A DNA stretch of 64,000 bases from assembly GCA_964188305.1 (NCBI GenBank), contig OZ076887.1. One strand, given 5' to 3'. Under the pieces are notes generated by a model. The model worked only from the letters and a program-made list of their open reading frames with translations. It made no database searches and was not told where the DNA came from. Each line of letters begins with the position of its first letter. Position 1 is the stretch's first letter. The position numbers and the translations under genes were made by a program. Below are positions 24,135 to 35,363 of the stretch, piece by piece. This stretch comes from Podarcis bocagei (taxonomy: Eukaryota).

Positions 24135-27100
24135 CTGTATGCATAATGTAGCTTAGAAATACTTTTAGCTAACAATACTGCCTTTCTTCAAATAGAATAT
24201 GGAAAGTTGTGAGTTTTTTAAAATTCATCTAACTTACCTGGAACAGCTCTGCTAATAAAATGCAAAATAATAATATGCAATTTTCTCAGTGTATTGGCAA
24301 AATTTGCAGTTCTGCGATGAAGTAGCTGATTTATGAAAATTAAAAATGGAACAATGCTTTTTATAAACCCTCTTAAAAGGTATAAAGACAACAGGGTTTC
24401 TTTGAACATCAGAAAAGTGAAACACTGATACATCAGTTTGTTTCAAAATATAACTCTGAAATAATTTTAAATAGCTAGGTGGATAAGAAAGGTGAGTGGC
24501 CATTATTTAAACATGTACGTTATCTACAGCCGTTCTTTCAGTTTCAATTACTGCCTTCTCTGACGAAGATCCACTGGTGTCACCGTGCAAGAAATAATAA
24601 CATCATTTTGGTATAATCATTGAACCCTTTTGGATTACAGAGTTGCCAAACTGGCAGCCTGGATAATTGTTTAGCTTTCAAATTAGCCCATGAGTTGGGC
24701 CAGGAAGTACTGAATAGTAAATTGCGGTGGGTGGGTTCCCCCATCTCTTTACTGGCAGCTATTGAGCAGTGCTGCCAGAACAGATGGCAGCTGCTTGCTA
24801 GTAAGCCTCCTCCATCTCTGTCTCTTGATTGCAGCTAGTACACACGGTGTAACAGTGGCAAGGTATTCTCTCCCAACCCTAGGCCCATCAACTGAAGACT
24901 CTCCATGTATCTGCTAACTTCTCCAAAATGATGGCCTTCCCCCACCCCCAATCACACCACTATTGTGAGCAGTTTGCTTGTTCAGTTTGGATCAAGTTTG
25001 GGATAAATGTGTCTTACATTTGTAAGACCAGGGTAGGAGAGAATAATCAAAACCAGTAACCCTTTCACTCCTAGTGGGTGCTAGTCCATGAAGCCTCTTC
25101 ACTAAGCAAAACAGTGAGCTAGTGAATAGCACCGCATCAATCTGTCTCCCTGAAAAGTAGGTGGTGTATGTATGTACACAAGTTAGCACATGCATCTCTC
25201 TGGACTTAGTGTGATAAGATATGAACTTCTTGATATGAATGAATTTGTAAGAAAGTTTAGTTTATTCAGTGCAAAATGGAAACTTTAAAAAGTATTGAAG
25301 GTTAAAGCTCAATGGCCTCCAAGAATAAGAAAAAAAAGAAATACAGGTAGGCGCTTGTTTGTGGATCAGTTAGATGTATTCCATGTGTGTGTCTACAATG
25401 TGTACAAATGTGTAAAACATTCAGTAACATGGTGTGTTCCAAAATTATTTGGGGGAATCTTTGGTTCTCCCCCACCTTAGTGGCAGCTTCCCCAGTTAGA
25501 GTATGAATTAGAAAGTTTGTTCTGATTGCCAAATGCTATTTTGATCACTTTCATTGCGTGCTTTACAACAAGTCTGTCAAAGTCATTGTCCCTGAACTTC
25601 ATGTGGCCTACCAGTCATGGGTTTAGTTGATGCCTGATGAACCTTTCATAGCCGAAGGGGACCTCGAAATAAGTTTATCTCACACCCGGCAGGCCACAAA
25701 ACATGGCCTGTGAATTTCACAGCCCCGTTTTACAGTGCTAAGCAAATGGAAAACCCGCTGTGAAATGCAACGTGTGTATGGAAAGCCATATTGCAGTAGC
25801 TGCAACAAGGTAAATAATAATAATAATAATAAAACAATGGCATGGCCTATGTTATCCTGGTTCTAATCTTTATAGCTCTGAGGCTGTTAATAAATATGTA
25901 AAGTTATCTAAACATTTAAATAAAACCTAGTAATCACAATGTAAATTACCTGGCTAGAAGTTGGGGAACAAGCGCTTCGTTCTTGCTTGGGTTTTTTTTA
26001 AAAAAATACTGATCTAGGGCCTTTCTAAGCAATGCAAAGAACACAAATCACATTACCAATATTTCTGCTTTTAACTGACCCGTCTCCAAAAACCAAAAGC
26101 ACCAATAGATTTTTTTCCATGGTGCAGGGAGCATGTCTCCATACACAGATACTGCTTTGTTACAGTGTATTGCTTTGGCCTCAGAAATACTCAAGACGAG
26201 GCTGCAAACTTTTAGCTTGTGCCACAACTCCAAGCTTTTGCAGTTTCTTCTTAATCCAGTGTATTGGATTAACTGATACTTTGATTTTATATGTTGTTTT
26301 TAAGGTAGATTTTCATGGACTAAATAAAATACAAACACAATTCATGCTCACTGTGTCCTTTGTCATTCTTATAATTGCTGTTCTTTGTAGTCTCTTTGTC
26401 ATCACACTGATGGGATTTGTACCTGAGAAGAGCAACTTTGAGAACTTCTAGCCAGGGAACTAGCATTCATCTTTTCCTGAAAGCTGAGGGGCCCATGAAA
26501 TAACACCATTACTCCATTGATCCCAAGAAATGGTGGAATGCACCAACTGGGTAAGGGAAAATCAGGCTTTGGCTTGTGACAAGGACCACTTGCAGAAGCA
26601 TTTTCAGGTGCACATAAAGCTATGGGATTCCCTACTGCTTTAAATGCCAAATTGCAGCCTGGGCATCTCGGAAATACCAAAACCTTTTGGTTTAAGACTA
26701 AATTGTGGTTGTGGGGTTTTAGTATAGCTTGCTTTTTGCAATCCTAAACAGTTACTCTGAAATTCTCAGTGGAACATGCTTTTATGTACATATATTTAGG
26801 GTCAGGTGATTATCTGCATTTTTATTACTTAGAAAGAATTCATAATATTGTTGCAAATAACCCTTGCTAAATATACACTGGCAGCAAGCGTTGTTAAAGC
26901 AATCCACCATATTATCCACACTAATGCAGCTACAGTAAGATTCTGTGCAGTTGTTTCATTTATGAAAATTGCTACTAATGGAGCATGTTCAGCAATTCTG
27001 AAGACTTGCAGAAGAGCATCTGGTGTGTTTGCGCTAATTGTGCAATGGTGTAGCAGTTGTAACCCATCCACATTTCTGGACAGTGCAGCAGCTTAGGTTC

Positions 27101-29007
27101 TTAGAATGTGAACATCTAGAAATGGAAACATTTCTGTTTTGCATTAGCATTGTCTTTATAATATCTGTCCCAATAACATTTGCACTCTATGCAGTTTAGT
27201 TCCTCCCCTTTAATCCACTGTCATTCAAATAGCTTGTCATTCCTAAAGGATTTTGGAGAGCCAAGTCCTCACTGCCTACTAGTACAAAGCAAATATTAAA
27301 TGAGATTAGATTAATGCAGAATAAACGAAGAATTGGATTTGGCATGCCCATGATCCTGCCCTTATGCATGCTGACATCTTTTGCAATAGAAACAGTGTGA
27401 TGATAGCCTTGACAAGAGATGCTCGGTACAATCTCTGCAAGCTTTATGAACATGCCAAAAGGGCAATTACATTACAATTAGAATAATCATATCACTGAAC
27501 CTAAAGGTAAACGTACACTGACCCAATCCAGCTAAAATGGTGATTTCGGGTTGAATTTAGAGAAAAATTGAGAATGTGGTCAGTCCCTGATCCCAATCCA
27601 CCCCCCAAAAGTGTCTCCTCTTTCCAAAAATGATGTTTTTCAAAAACCAAAAGTGTCACCCATTTGATTTTTAGATCTCACCGCCTCCACAAGCTTCACT
27701 GTGCCACAAGCCACCACATTCACCAAGTGCCTTGAACTGCCAACAGGTTTGGGGAGGGAAAAGGGGGAGTTGGGGAAGTCTACAAGTACCTTTCCATGGC
27801 TTTTCACTGAATTTAACCCTTAGATAGCAATCATTTGCATATATTTAGGTGTAAGACCCTTTGAAAGCAGTGGGACTTCTTTGAGGTTTTTTTTAATAGA
27901 CTTAATAGTCAATCTTTTAGAGTGCATCAAAAGGGGGGGGGGGTTCAAATTAGCCTGTGGAAGGCATTCCAGATATATAGCCATCATGGTACCAACTTCA
28001 CTTCTTTCACCAGTGAACCAGAGCTGATTTAAAAGGTTAGGTGCCTAGAGGTACAGGTGATCTTTCTAAGTAGCCAGGCCCCAAACTCTTTATAGAGCTG
28101 TGAAGGTTAATGCCAGCACTTCATAAATTAAATGGAGCCTAGAATTTAATAGGCAGCAAGTAATTTGTGCCACTGACTTCAGTGAGGCTGTGTGGGTCTG
28201 AGTAGCCCCTTACGGTGGACAGCCAACCTATACCACTTGAAATTGCAGGTGGCAAAACATGTATTTTATTGCGCCACTTTGCAAATTTCCTATAAATAGC
28301 ACAGCAAGGAAGGGGCTCAACTAGCCCCTTATTCCCTGTTGTACCTAAAGGGAGCTTGGTTTAAACATGCAACACATGTCCTTGTAGTCTGAATTGGTGT
28401 AGCGCACACACAGGCTAGCTTTGACATTTTCTGGAGTGGGGCTCTGTCATGAGTGTGAGGCAGTGTGCTTTTTAAATTTCTGGGGTCCAAGCAAACGATA
28501 ATGGAGTAAAGGGTAGGAACAGTGGGGACACACTCTTCACATGCAGCTTCCTGGATCAGGAACTTTGTTTAAACATGGCGACTACATTTTTTTCTTTGTG
28601 GACTCTGAGCTGCAGTCATGAAATCTGATATCTAAGAACATGCTTACTTCTAGTCCTTCAATTTTTTAAAAAGAAAGCCTTATAGTTCGATTCTATCCCT
28701 TCACATGCTTGATCTGATGCAAGCATAGGCCCATGACAGAACAGTTACATTCTGTGTGTCCCTTTCCAGAGTGGCTGTGCAGTGCAGTAATTTGGGGACA
28801 TAAGAGGCCCATGATCACAAACTGCATAGACTTTCCCCTCGCAAACACACACATTTCCCACATCAGTTGTTCCTGCTGCTTTGGCCCCCAAACAGCCTCG
28901 TGCTGCATGTTGAGTTCATTTCTAAGATCTGCACAGCATGTACGTATGATCAGCTCACATTCAATCACCTTTGACTTGACAAAAATCAAATTTTGTTTTA
29001 TACCTTT

Positions 29008-29013
29008 TTTATT
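29008..29013 (-). terminator. ZBTB2: Probable ZBTB2 polyadenylation signal AATAAA
   Basis: tttatt on the + strand at the end of ~1.6 kb of AU-rich UTR-like sequence downstream of the stop codon. Confidence 0.6.
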
Positions 29014-29967
29014 CCATAAAATAATGTATAAAAACTTACAAACTGGAAAACATAACTAGACACAAAATAGGATGATACTCAAATAAAACATGTATACAAA
29101 AGCAGATTTGTATCTGCCTCTCTCTCCCCCATCAAAACACACACTGCCCCCATTTCTGGTGGAATGCCTCTGCTTCTTGAAACTTTCCCACCAGGACAAT
29201 TGACCTTTCAATGGACTCCCTCCTCGCAGGTTATTTATACTATTGGAGAATATTATTATATTTATATATTAAAAAGATAAAAATCAACAACTTGATTTTA
29301 AATTTGCATACGGTACTATCCAGAGCAGAAACTTGAATGTACACTGCGTCCCCTTTATTCCTTTTTGCACTTTGACTGGTGCCCAAATTGAAGGAACATA
29401 AAGAATATATAGCTTTCCACTCAATGTTGTACTGTTACTTAAAAACCAACCATGATACAGTTTCATCATTATACCATTTGCTATGTTACAAGAGGATGCC
29501 AGTAGCTAAATATTATTTAAGACCAGATTTCCTTTCCCTTAATTCCTACATGTTAATCACATAAACTCAGATTGCTGCTTTGATAAAATAAAAAAGCCAC
29601 AATGTTTTTCCTTTTTCAGTTACACTATAAAGGCTCAAATCTATTATTCCCACATTTAGCACAGGGCTCACTATGTACAATTCTTCTAATCTCTGATTTC
29701 CTTCACGTTTTGGGTGATAGCACTGTTCATCATTATCAATTACTAGTCAGCAGGATAAAAAAAATGCATACACCCTGTACCAATTCAAATGTAAATATGC
29801 TTTTAAAAAGGACCAATTTGTGAGACGTTACAAGCAGTGGCCAGTTTGGAAAGGGTGCATGCACACATTTTACCTGCATTTACCTGAAGTACACACACAC
29901 ACACATACATACATTTTTATGCATATAAAACGATTGCCATCACATTATTACTGCTATTTTAGCAAAA

Positions 29968-30057
29968 TCTGGTCCTAAACACATTTATCTGGAAGTTTTA
30001 AGTCCCACTGCAGTTAGTGGGGTTGACTACCAAGTCACTGCGCTTGGAGTCAAGCCT
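29968..30057. repeat. Old ~90-bp palindromic interspersed repeat in the ZBTB2 3' UTR (related copies ~6011-6099, ~13022-13100, ~57055-57140, ~58906-58990)
   Basis: Shared pattern: CCTA.ACA..TTTA.CTGG.AGTAAGTCCCAYTG...AGTGGG..TTAC..CC.AGTAA...AGGATTG; central hairpin CCCACT/AGTGGG. Confidence 0.55.
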
Positions 30058-30638
30058 TAATAATACATTTTTAATGGACATAATGTCAATGAAGTTACCT
30101 GGAAACAAACACTTGACAATAATCATGTGGATTAAAATAGTGTTCTTGGTTCATTAAGGGAATTTCCAAGCTTTTGTAAAATGACAACTTTACACAGCTT
30201 ATAGGTGTGTAACCGTGAGAATTTTGTATCTTCGGTATTCCCTCAAAATGCTATTTGTTGAGAGAAAATATTGTAGTTTAATGAACATGTTTAGTTTCCT
30301 TTCTGTCTTCTTCTCATATTGCATCTCACTGCATTCAAGTATATATATATAGAAACAGTCTTAGAACTCGCTTAGAGTATGTTACAGATGCATTTTAGCA
30401 TTATTCACATAGTTAGCTGAGTTACCCTTATACATTTTCTTCTTGGTTAAAATCAATTGTTATAATGTGATACAACACCCTTTATTAATTTTATACTTTT
30501 GCTGGAAAAAGGAACAGAGCCAGACTTCCTTCCATGTCAGTGTAGTTATGGTTGTGGGGAGGGGAGGAGGATTGGTTTAGTAAAAATGAGTAAGACAAAC
30601 TGTTTTCTTAAAAAATAATAATGATATGAGCCTCACAG

Positions 30639-32004
30639 TCAGTCTAACAACACTGCTTCCTGTTCTTTTTTGATAGAGTCTAAGACCGAATGGTCACTCT
30701 CTGTGGTTTCAGCATCCCCACCACCTAGCAAAATGGATCTATCCTCGTCTAGAGTAAAGACAGAGTTCTGACTTTGGCACGAATGTTTGACGACTTCATT
30801 AGGCGTAGAGAACGTTTTGTCACACAAGTTGCATTTATAGGGTTTGTTGGTCTGTACCAACATGTTGTCCATTTGGTTGCCTTCCTCAAAAGTACAAAGC
30901 TCCAGAGTCTGCTTGTCCACCATGGTGTAGGTGTCCATGCTTTGGTTTAGACATACATGTCGAGCAGCTTGATTGGCCCGGCAGAAGCTTTTGTCACAGG
31001 TGCTGCACTTGAAAGGCTTGCCAGTATGAATGTACATGTGCTCCCTCCAGTGGCTTTTCTGAATAAATTTGCGCCCACAAATGGAACACTCGTACTTCCG
31101 CCTTTTAACTTCCCTTTCTTGATCTGCTTGCTCCAAGTTGTCTATGTCAGCAATGTCAGAGGGTGGCGGTGTTTCAGCCTGCGGTTGTCCATCAATGATG
31201 GGTGAATCCGAGATCTGCTGCAGCTCGCTATCGCTAATCATTCCAGCTTCAGCAACTTCCATAGAATCTTTTTCAGGAGCGTTATTACAAAGAGATAAAG
31301 GAACGCTACTTTCCCCGTGCTGGCTTGATGAGAAAGGCACCCCTGTGTGAATCTGGAGATGCTCACGCAAACTACTTCGCAAATTGAATCGCCGACCGCA
31401 GAGGTGACAAGCGTAGTATTTGGGGAAGCTTCCGTTCTTTTTCATAATGCTTGGCTTGACGTGCGCAATTGTGAGAGAAGCAGGCTGATCATCTGAGGAG
31501 GAGGCTTCCATGTTGTTTTCATCACCTGGAGGAGAAGGATGAGGAGCAGTAGAAACCAGTTCAGGAGACAATGGAGGCTGTAATGAGTCTGAAGTGGACA
31601 TATTTGTTGGGGGCACTTGAGGCAGCGGTGGTGGTGGTATCTGTGACAGTTGGGTGGCTTCATGCATCTGTTCTTGATTTGCTCTTGATGACTGTGGCCT
31701 TGGTCCTCGAACAGGTTTGTCAGTTGTGGCGGCTGCTTTTGTGGAATTTCTTGCCTGGTGATCCGCAATCTGAATACCGTATAATGAAGATGCCAATGGA
31801 AAAATCTGCTCCGGGTGTGTAAAATTTCCTTGACTGGCAAGGCTAGCCTCTTGAATAAGCGGGAATGCATGCAGAAACTTTATTCCTTGCTCCAATCGAA
31901 CAGGATCGATGAGCTGAGGTGCCATTTTTCCAGTGTACATCAAATGTAAGAGATAGCTGAAAATATCTGGCTGTATGTCAGTTGCCTTCAAACGGACACA
32001 TTCA
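30639..32004 (-). CDS. ZBTB2: ZBTB2 last coding exon (end of BTB domain, linker, four zinc fingers)
   Basis: Acceptor ttctttcag|TGAATGTGTC; ECVRLKATDIQPDIFSYLLHLMYTGK. Two C2H2 fingers (CHLC..HLQIH, CSIC..HMYIH) and two atypical C2HC fingers (CSTC..HVC, CNLC..HSC). Ends IKKEQEAVLLD*. Confidence 0.96.
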
Positions 32005-32179
32005 CTGAAAGAAATTTCAAAACAGTATTAAAGAGGAAGATAAAATGCTTCTGAAGGATTACAATAATTAAGTATACAACTAAGTGCACAATTTTAAGTA
32101 TACAAGAATGCAATCCTAGACATGTTCATATAAATAAAATAAATCTGTTATCATGGTTTAGGCATTACTTCTACTGCTG

Positions 32180-32181
<2 letters not shown>

Positions 32182-32219
<38 letters not shown>
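32182..32219. repeat. (TA)n microsatellite, left flank of the Penelope element
   Basis: Direct reading. Confidence 0.98.
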
Positions 32220-32221
<2 letters not shown>

Positions 32222-32301
32222 TTTCGTAGATTTTCACGGGTACAGGAATGCAGGTTTTGGTGTCTTCGGGTGTCTTCCCGTGTAAGAGTTGGGGTGTCTA
32301 G

Positions 32302-32339
32302 GCGACGTTTCGACGAGGTCTCACTCGTCATCTTCAGGC
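32302..32339 (-). ncRNA. Second copy of the minimal hammerhead ribozyme motif (sense to ZBTB2 pre-mRNA)
   Basis: Exact reverse complement of 33634-33671. Confidence 0.75.
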
Positions 32340-32729
32340 TGGTGCTTTCGGCTTCTTGTTACTGGAACAGAGCAGGATCTCAGTGTTTGAGTTCCTATAA
32401 ATACTGTTGAGGGGGTGTGGTGTATAGCCTCCAACGTTCTGGGCAGAGAGGAAGTTCCCAGGTTAGTGTGTCTTTTCTTCTTTTGTTCATTAATTACTTG
32501 AGGGATATCTTGAGTGATTTCTTGAGTGATATTCTGAGTACCACTTAGGAGGGTCATTAGGTGTGGATTAGTTGCTAAAGCTTTCGTGTCTTGACCTCTT
32601 GACCTTGTGAAGAGTTTTTTCTGAGAAGATGGCTGTACTGCACTTAGTTGTGCTCTGGCTTGGCTTCGTGTATAGGGGCGAGCTGTGGTTTTGTGCCCTG
32701 TGCCAGCCAGATCTGTGTAGGGATTGCAG

Positions 32730-33652
32730 ACCAAAAAATAGCCAATATCCTCAGAAACCCCAAAGATAAAATCCAGTTAGAAAACCAAGGGGTCTATGAA
32801 ATACCCTGCAAAGTCTGCCCAGCCACGTACATTGGACAAACAAACAGACGAATAAATGCACGTATCGCAGAACACAAGAATGCCGTCAAAAAAGAAGAAA
32901 AAACTTCCTCTCTTTACCAACACATGAAAGAAACAGGACACGAAATTAATTTTTCAGATTCCAAATTGCTCTTTAACATGGAACACCACCACAAGAGAAT
33001 AATCATGGAAGCCATCGAGATAGAGAAACACCCTCACAACATGAACAAGCGTGACGATACGTCCCGCCTGCCAGACATCTGGAAAATAGCCCTCCCCACA
33101 AAAACCGACACCAGAACCAGAGGCACACAGAACGCCATCTCCAATCAACCACACCAGACCCAAACCCAGACCCTCTCCACAGATAAATTACAGACACCAT
33201 CCAGTAGCCAAACCATAGTGGCACCTCCGGATGCTGCACCCCCCTGCAATCCCTACACAGATCTGGCTGGCACAGGGCACAAAACCACAGCTCGCCCCTA
33301 TACACGAAGCCAAGCCAGAGCACAACTAAGTGCAGTACAGCCATCTTCTCAGAAAAAACTCTTCACAAGGTCAAGAGGTCAAGACACGAAAGCTTTAGCA
33401 ACTAATCCACACCTAATGACCCTCCTAAGTGGTACTCAGAATATCACTCAAGAAATCACTCAAGATATCCCTCAAGTAATTAATGAACAAAAGAAGAAAA
33501 GACACACTAACCTGGGAACTTCCTCTCTGCCCAGAACGTTGGAGGCTATACACCACACCCCCTCAACAGTATTTATAGGAACTCAAACACTGAGATCCTG
33601 CTCTGTTCCAGTAACAAGAAGCCGAAAGCACCAGCCTGAAGATGACGAGTGA
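32730..33652 (+). pseudogene. 3' part of the Penelope-like ORF: GIY-YIG endonuclease plus a ~195-aa T/Q/S-rich C-terminal extension
   Basis: ILRNPKDKIQLENQ-GVY-EIPCKVCPAT-YIG-QTNRRINARIAEH...SSLYQH...IIMEAIEI...NMNKRDD shows the GIY-YIG signature with conserved R, H, E and N. No stops or frameshifts, but 5'-truncated at the inversion junction. Confidence 0.9.
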
Positions 33653-33671
33653 GACCTCGTCGAAACGTCGC
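33634..33671 (+). ncRNA. Minimal type I hammerhead ribozyme motif (Penelope pLTR)
   Basis: GC-CTGAAGA-T-GACGAG-tgagac-CTCGTC-GAAA-C-GTC^GC: CUGANGA and GAAA core boxes, 6-bp stem II, palindromic ACGU stem III, GUC cleavage triplet. Stem I is only ~2 bp. Confidence 0.75.
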
Positions 33672-33720
33672 CTAGACACCCCAACTCTTACACGGGAAGA
33701 CACCCGAAGACACCAAAACC

Positions 33721-33723
<3 letters not shown>

Positions 33724-33780
<57 letters not shown>
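33724..33780. repeat. (TA)n microsatellite, right flank of the Penelope element
   Basis: Direct reading. Confidence 0.98.
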
Positions 33781-33782
<2 letters not shown>

Positions 33783-34049
33783 CTCTGCAAAATGTGATCT
33801 AATTTATTCCAGAATATATACCTTCAGGGCAGCAGTTCATGAACTTGATCCACAAACTAGTTAGGAGTGAAATCCACAGGATTAGCACTGTAATCGGGTT
33901 AATTGATTTGTGGATGAAGCTGGATGTTTAGTTATTGTGATTTATAAAGCAACTCACATTAGGCTGCCTTAACACTTTCTAATTCCTTCAGACTATTTTA
34001 CCTTAACTAAATACCATTTTTAAAGTGTATTCTTTTATAACTACTGTAC

Positions 34050-34222
34050 CTGCTTTGATGAACAAACAGCATCTTGAAATAGTTGGAAAAAGAGGCAAGG
34101 ACAGATTTGTGTGCCTTGAAGTAAACATCACCAATAGCAACTGTACAGTCACACAGGAAACCAAACTCCCGTTGAGCATTGAGCTGCTGCAGAAGAATCA
34201 GTCCATGGTTGGCTAAATCCAT
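34050..34222 (-). CDS. ZBTB2: ZBTB2 first coding exon (BTB/POZ N-terminus)
   Basis: [57 protein letters not shown]. The acceptor puts the exon start at 34232; donor CAG|gtacag. 173+1366 nt = 513 codons (512 aa). Confidence 0.96.
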
Positions 34223-34772
34223 CTTTTAAATTCTGTAAAGCAAATATACTTGTTTAAAACAATATCCTCAAACATACTGTTACAGATCTGGGGTAAACAG
34301 AATTTGGGAGTAAAGGGGTACCCATAACTGCTAGGGCTAGTGAATGTTAGAAATAAATAAATGGTAAAATTTAGATAATATTTGAAGTATTGAAGGGAAC
34401 ATGCCCAACATTAGGAAATTGCCCTGGGGAAAAGTGCAATCAAGGTGCAATTACTAGACAATGGCCAGTGATTGACCCTGTTCCTGAGCTCAGGGTATAT
34501 AGCAGAGTTGGGAGGGGGAGGTTACAGGTGGTGTAATGTCACTAGGGCTGGGCAATATATTGCCCAAAACCAGTTTGAAGTCCATATCATGATACTGGTT
34601 TCATAATTTTTGACCTGACTATGATGTGTGTGTGCGTGCACAAAAAAACACGATGCGGGGGGAACTGTGAACCCAGCCAGTGCCTGAACAGAGCTCCATC
34701 CTTTCATGATGTTAAGCGGGTTTATTTACACATAATGTATATACAACCTGGAGCCTACAATGGAGGAAGTTT

Positions 34773-34795
34773 GCAGCAGCAGCAGCAGCAGCAGC
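34773..34795. repeat. (CAG)7 microsatellite in ZBTB2 intron 1
   Basis: Direct reading. Confidence 0.9.
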
Positions 34796-35004
34796 CCAAA
34801 ACATGTCAGCTTATTCCATTGCAGCAACAACAATAAGCTCAGCACCATCTTTTCTCTTCAGCCTATCTTGCACTGCAGGGCACAACATAGCTTAGCAGTT
34901 CCTTTCTGCTTCCTGATTACATCAGTCCAGCCCTAACCTCAGAGCTTCTTTCCTAGCCTCAGCTCTGGTCCCTCCTTTGCTATGCTAAAGCAAATTACCT
35001 CAAA

Positions 35005-35363
35005 GGGATATGGATGGTACTGTGGTATAACCACTGAGCCTCTTGGGCTTGCTGATCAGAAGGCTGGCAGTTCGAATCCCTATGACAGGGTGAGCTCCCA
35101 TTGCTCTGTCCTAGCTCCTGCCAACCTAGCAGGTTGAGAATACCAGTGCAAGAGATATATAGATACCACTGTGGCGGGAAGGTAAAGAGTGTTTTCGTGC
35201 GCTCTGGTTTCTGTCACAGTGTTCCGTTGTGCCAGAAGCAGTTAAGTTCTGCTGGCCACATGACCCGGAAAGCTGTCTGTGGACAAACGCTGGCTCCCTT
35301 GGCCTCAACCCCATAGTCGCCTTTGACTGGACTTAGCTGCCAAGGGGTCCTTTACGTTTTACC
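35005..35363 (+). mobile_element. Sauria SINE, older copy with TSD
   Basis: Homologous to 59454-59791 with CpG decay; B box AGTTCGAATCC; degenerate ACCTTT tail; TSD TACCTCAAA at 34996-35004 and 35364-35372. Confidence 0.85.

Larger units (their letters stand above)
32220..33725 (+). mobile_element. Penelope-like retroelement (GIY-YIG type, Penelope/Poseidon-like), 5'-truncated, with an inverted pseudo-LTR
   Basis: Open frame encoding a GIY-YIG domain. Inverted arms at 32248-32729 and 33244-33725, each with a hammerhead motif. Flanked by (TA)n on both sides; no RT remaining. Confidence 0.93.

Noticed and set aside
25634-25685. Hammerhead-like CTGATGA...GAAA...ATC motif in the AKAP12-ZBTB2 intergenic region
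   Set aside because: Stem II has 5 unpaired nt before GAAA, and stem I cannot form (C opposite U at the first pair); probably chance.
32648-32729. N-terminal part (MCSGLASC...) of the 334-aa ORF
   Set aside because: Chimeric read-through from the antisense strand of the inverted arm; not part of the element's protein.
32321-32734. 137-aa minus-strand ORF as an independent gene
   Set aside because: Simply the inverted duplicate of the PLE ORF's C-terminus.
34007-34049. ORF-track extension of the ZBTB2 BTB exon ([14 protein letters not shown])
   Set aside because: Read-through past the splice donor at 34050/34049.
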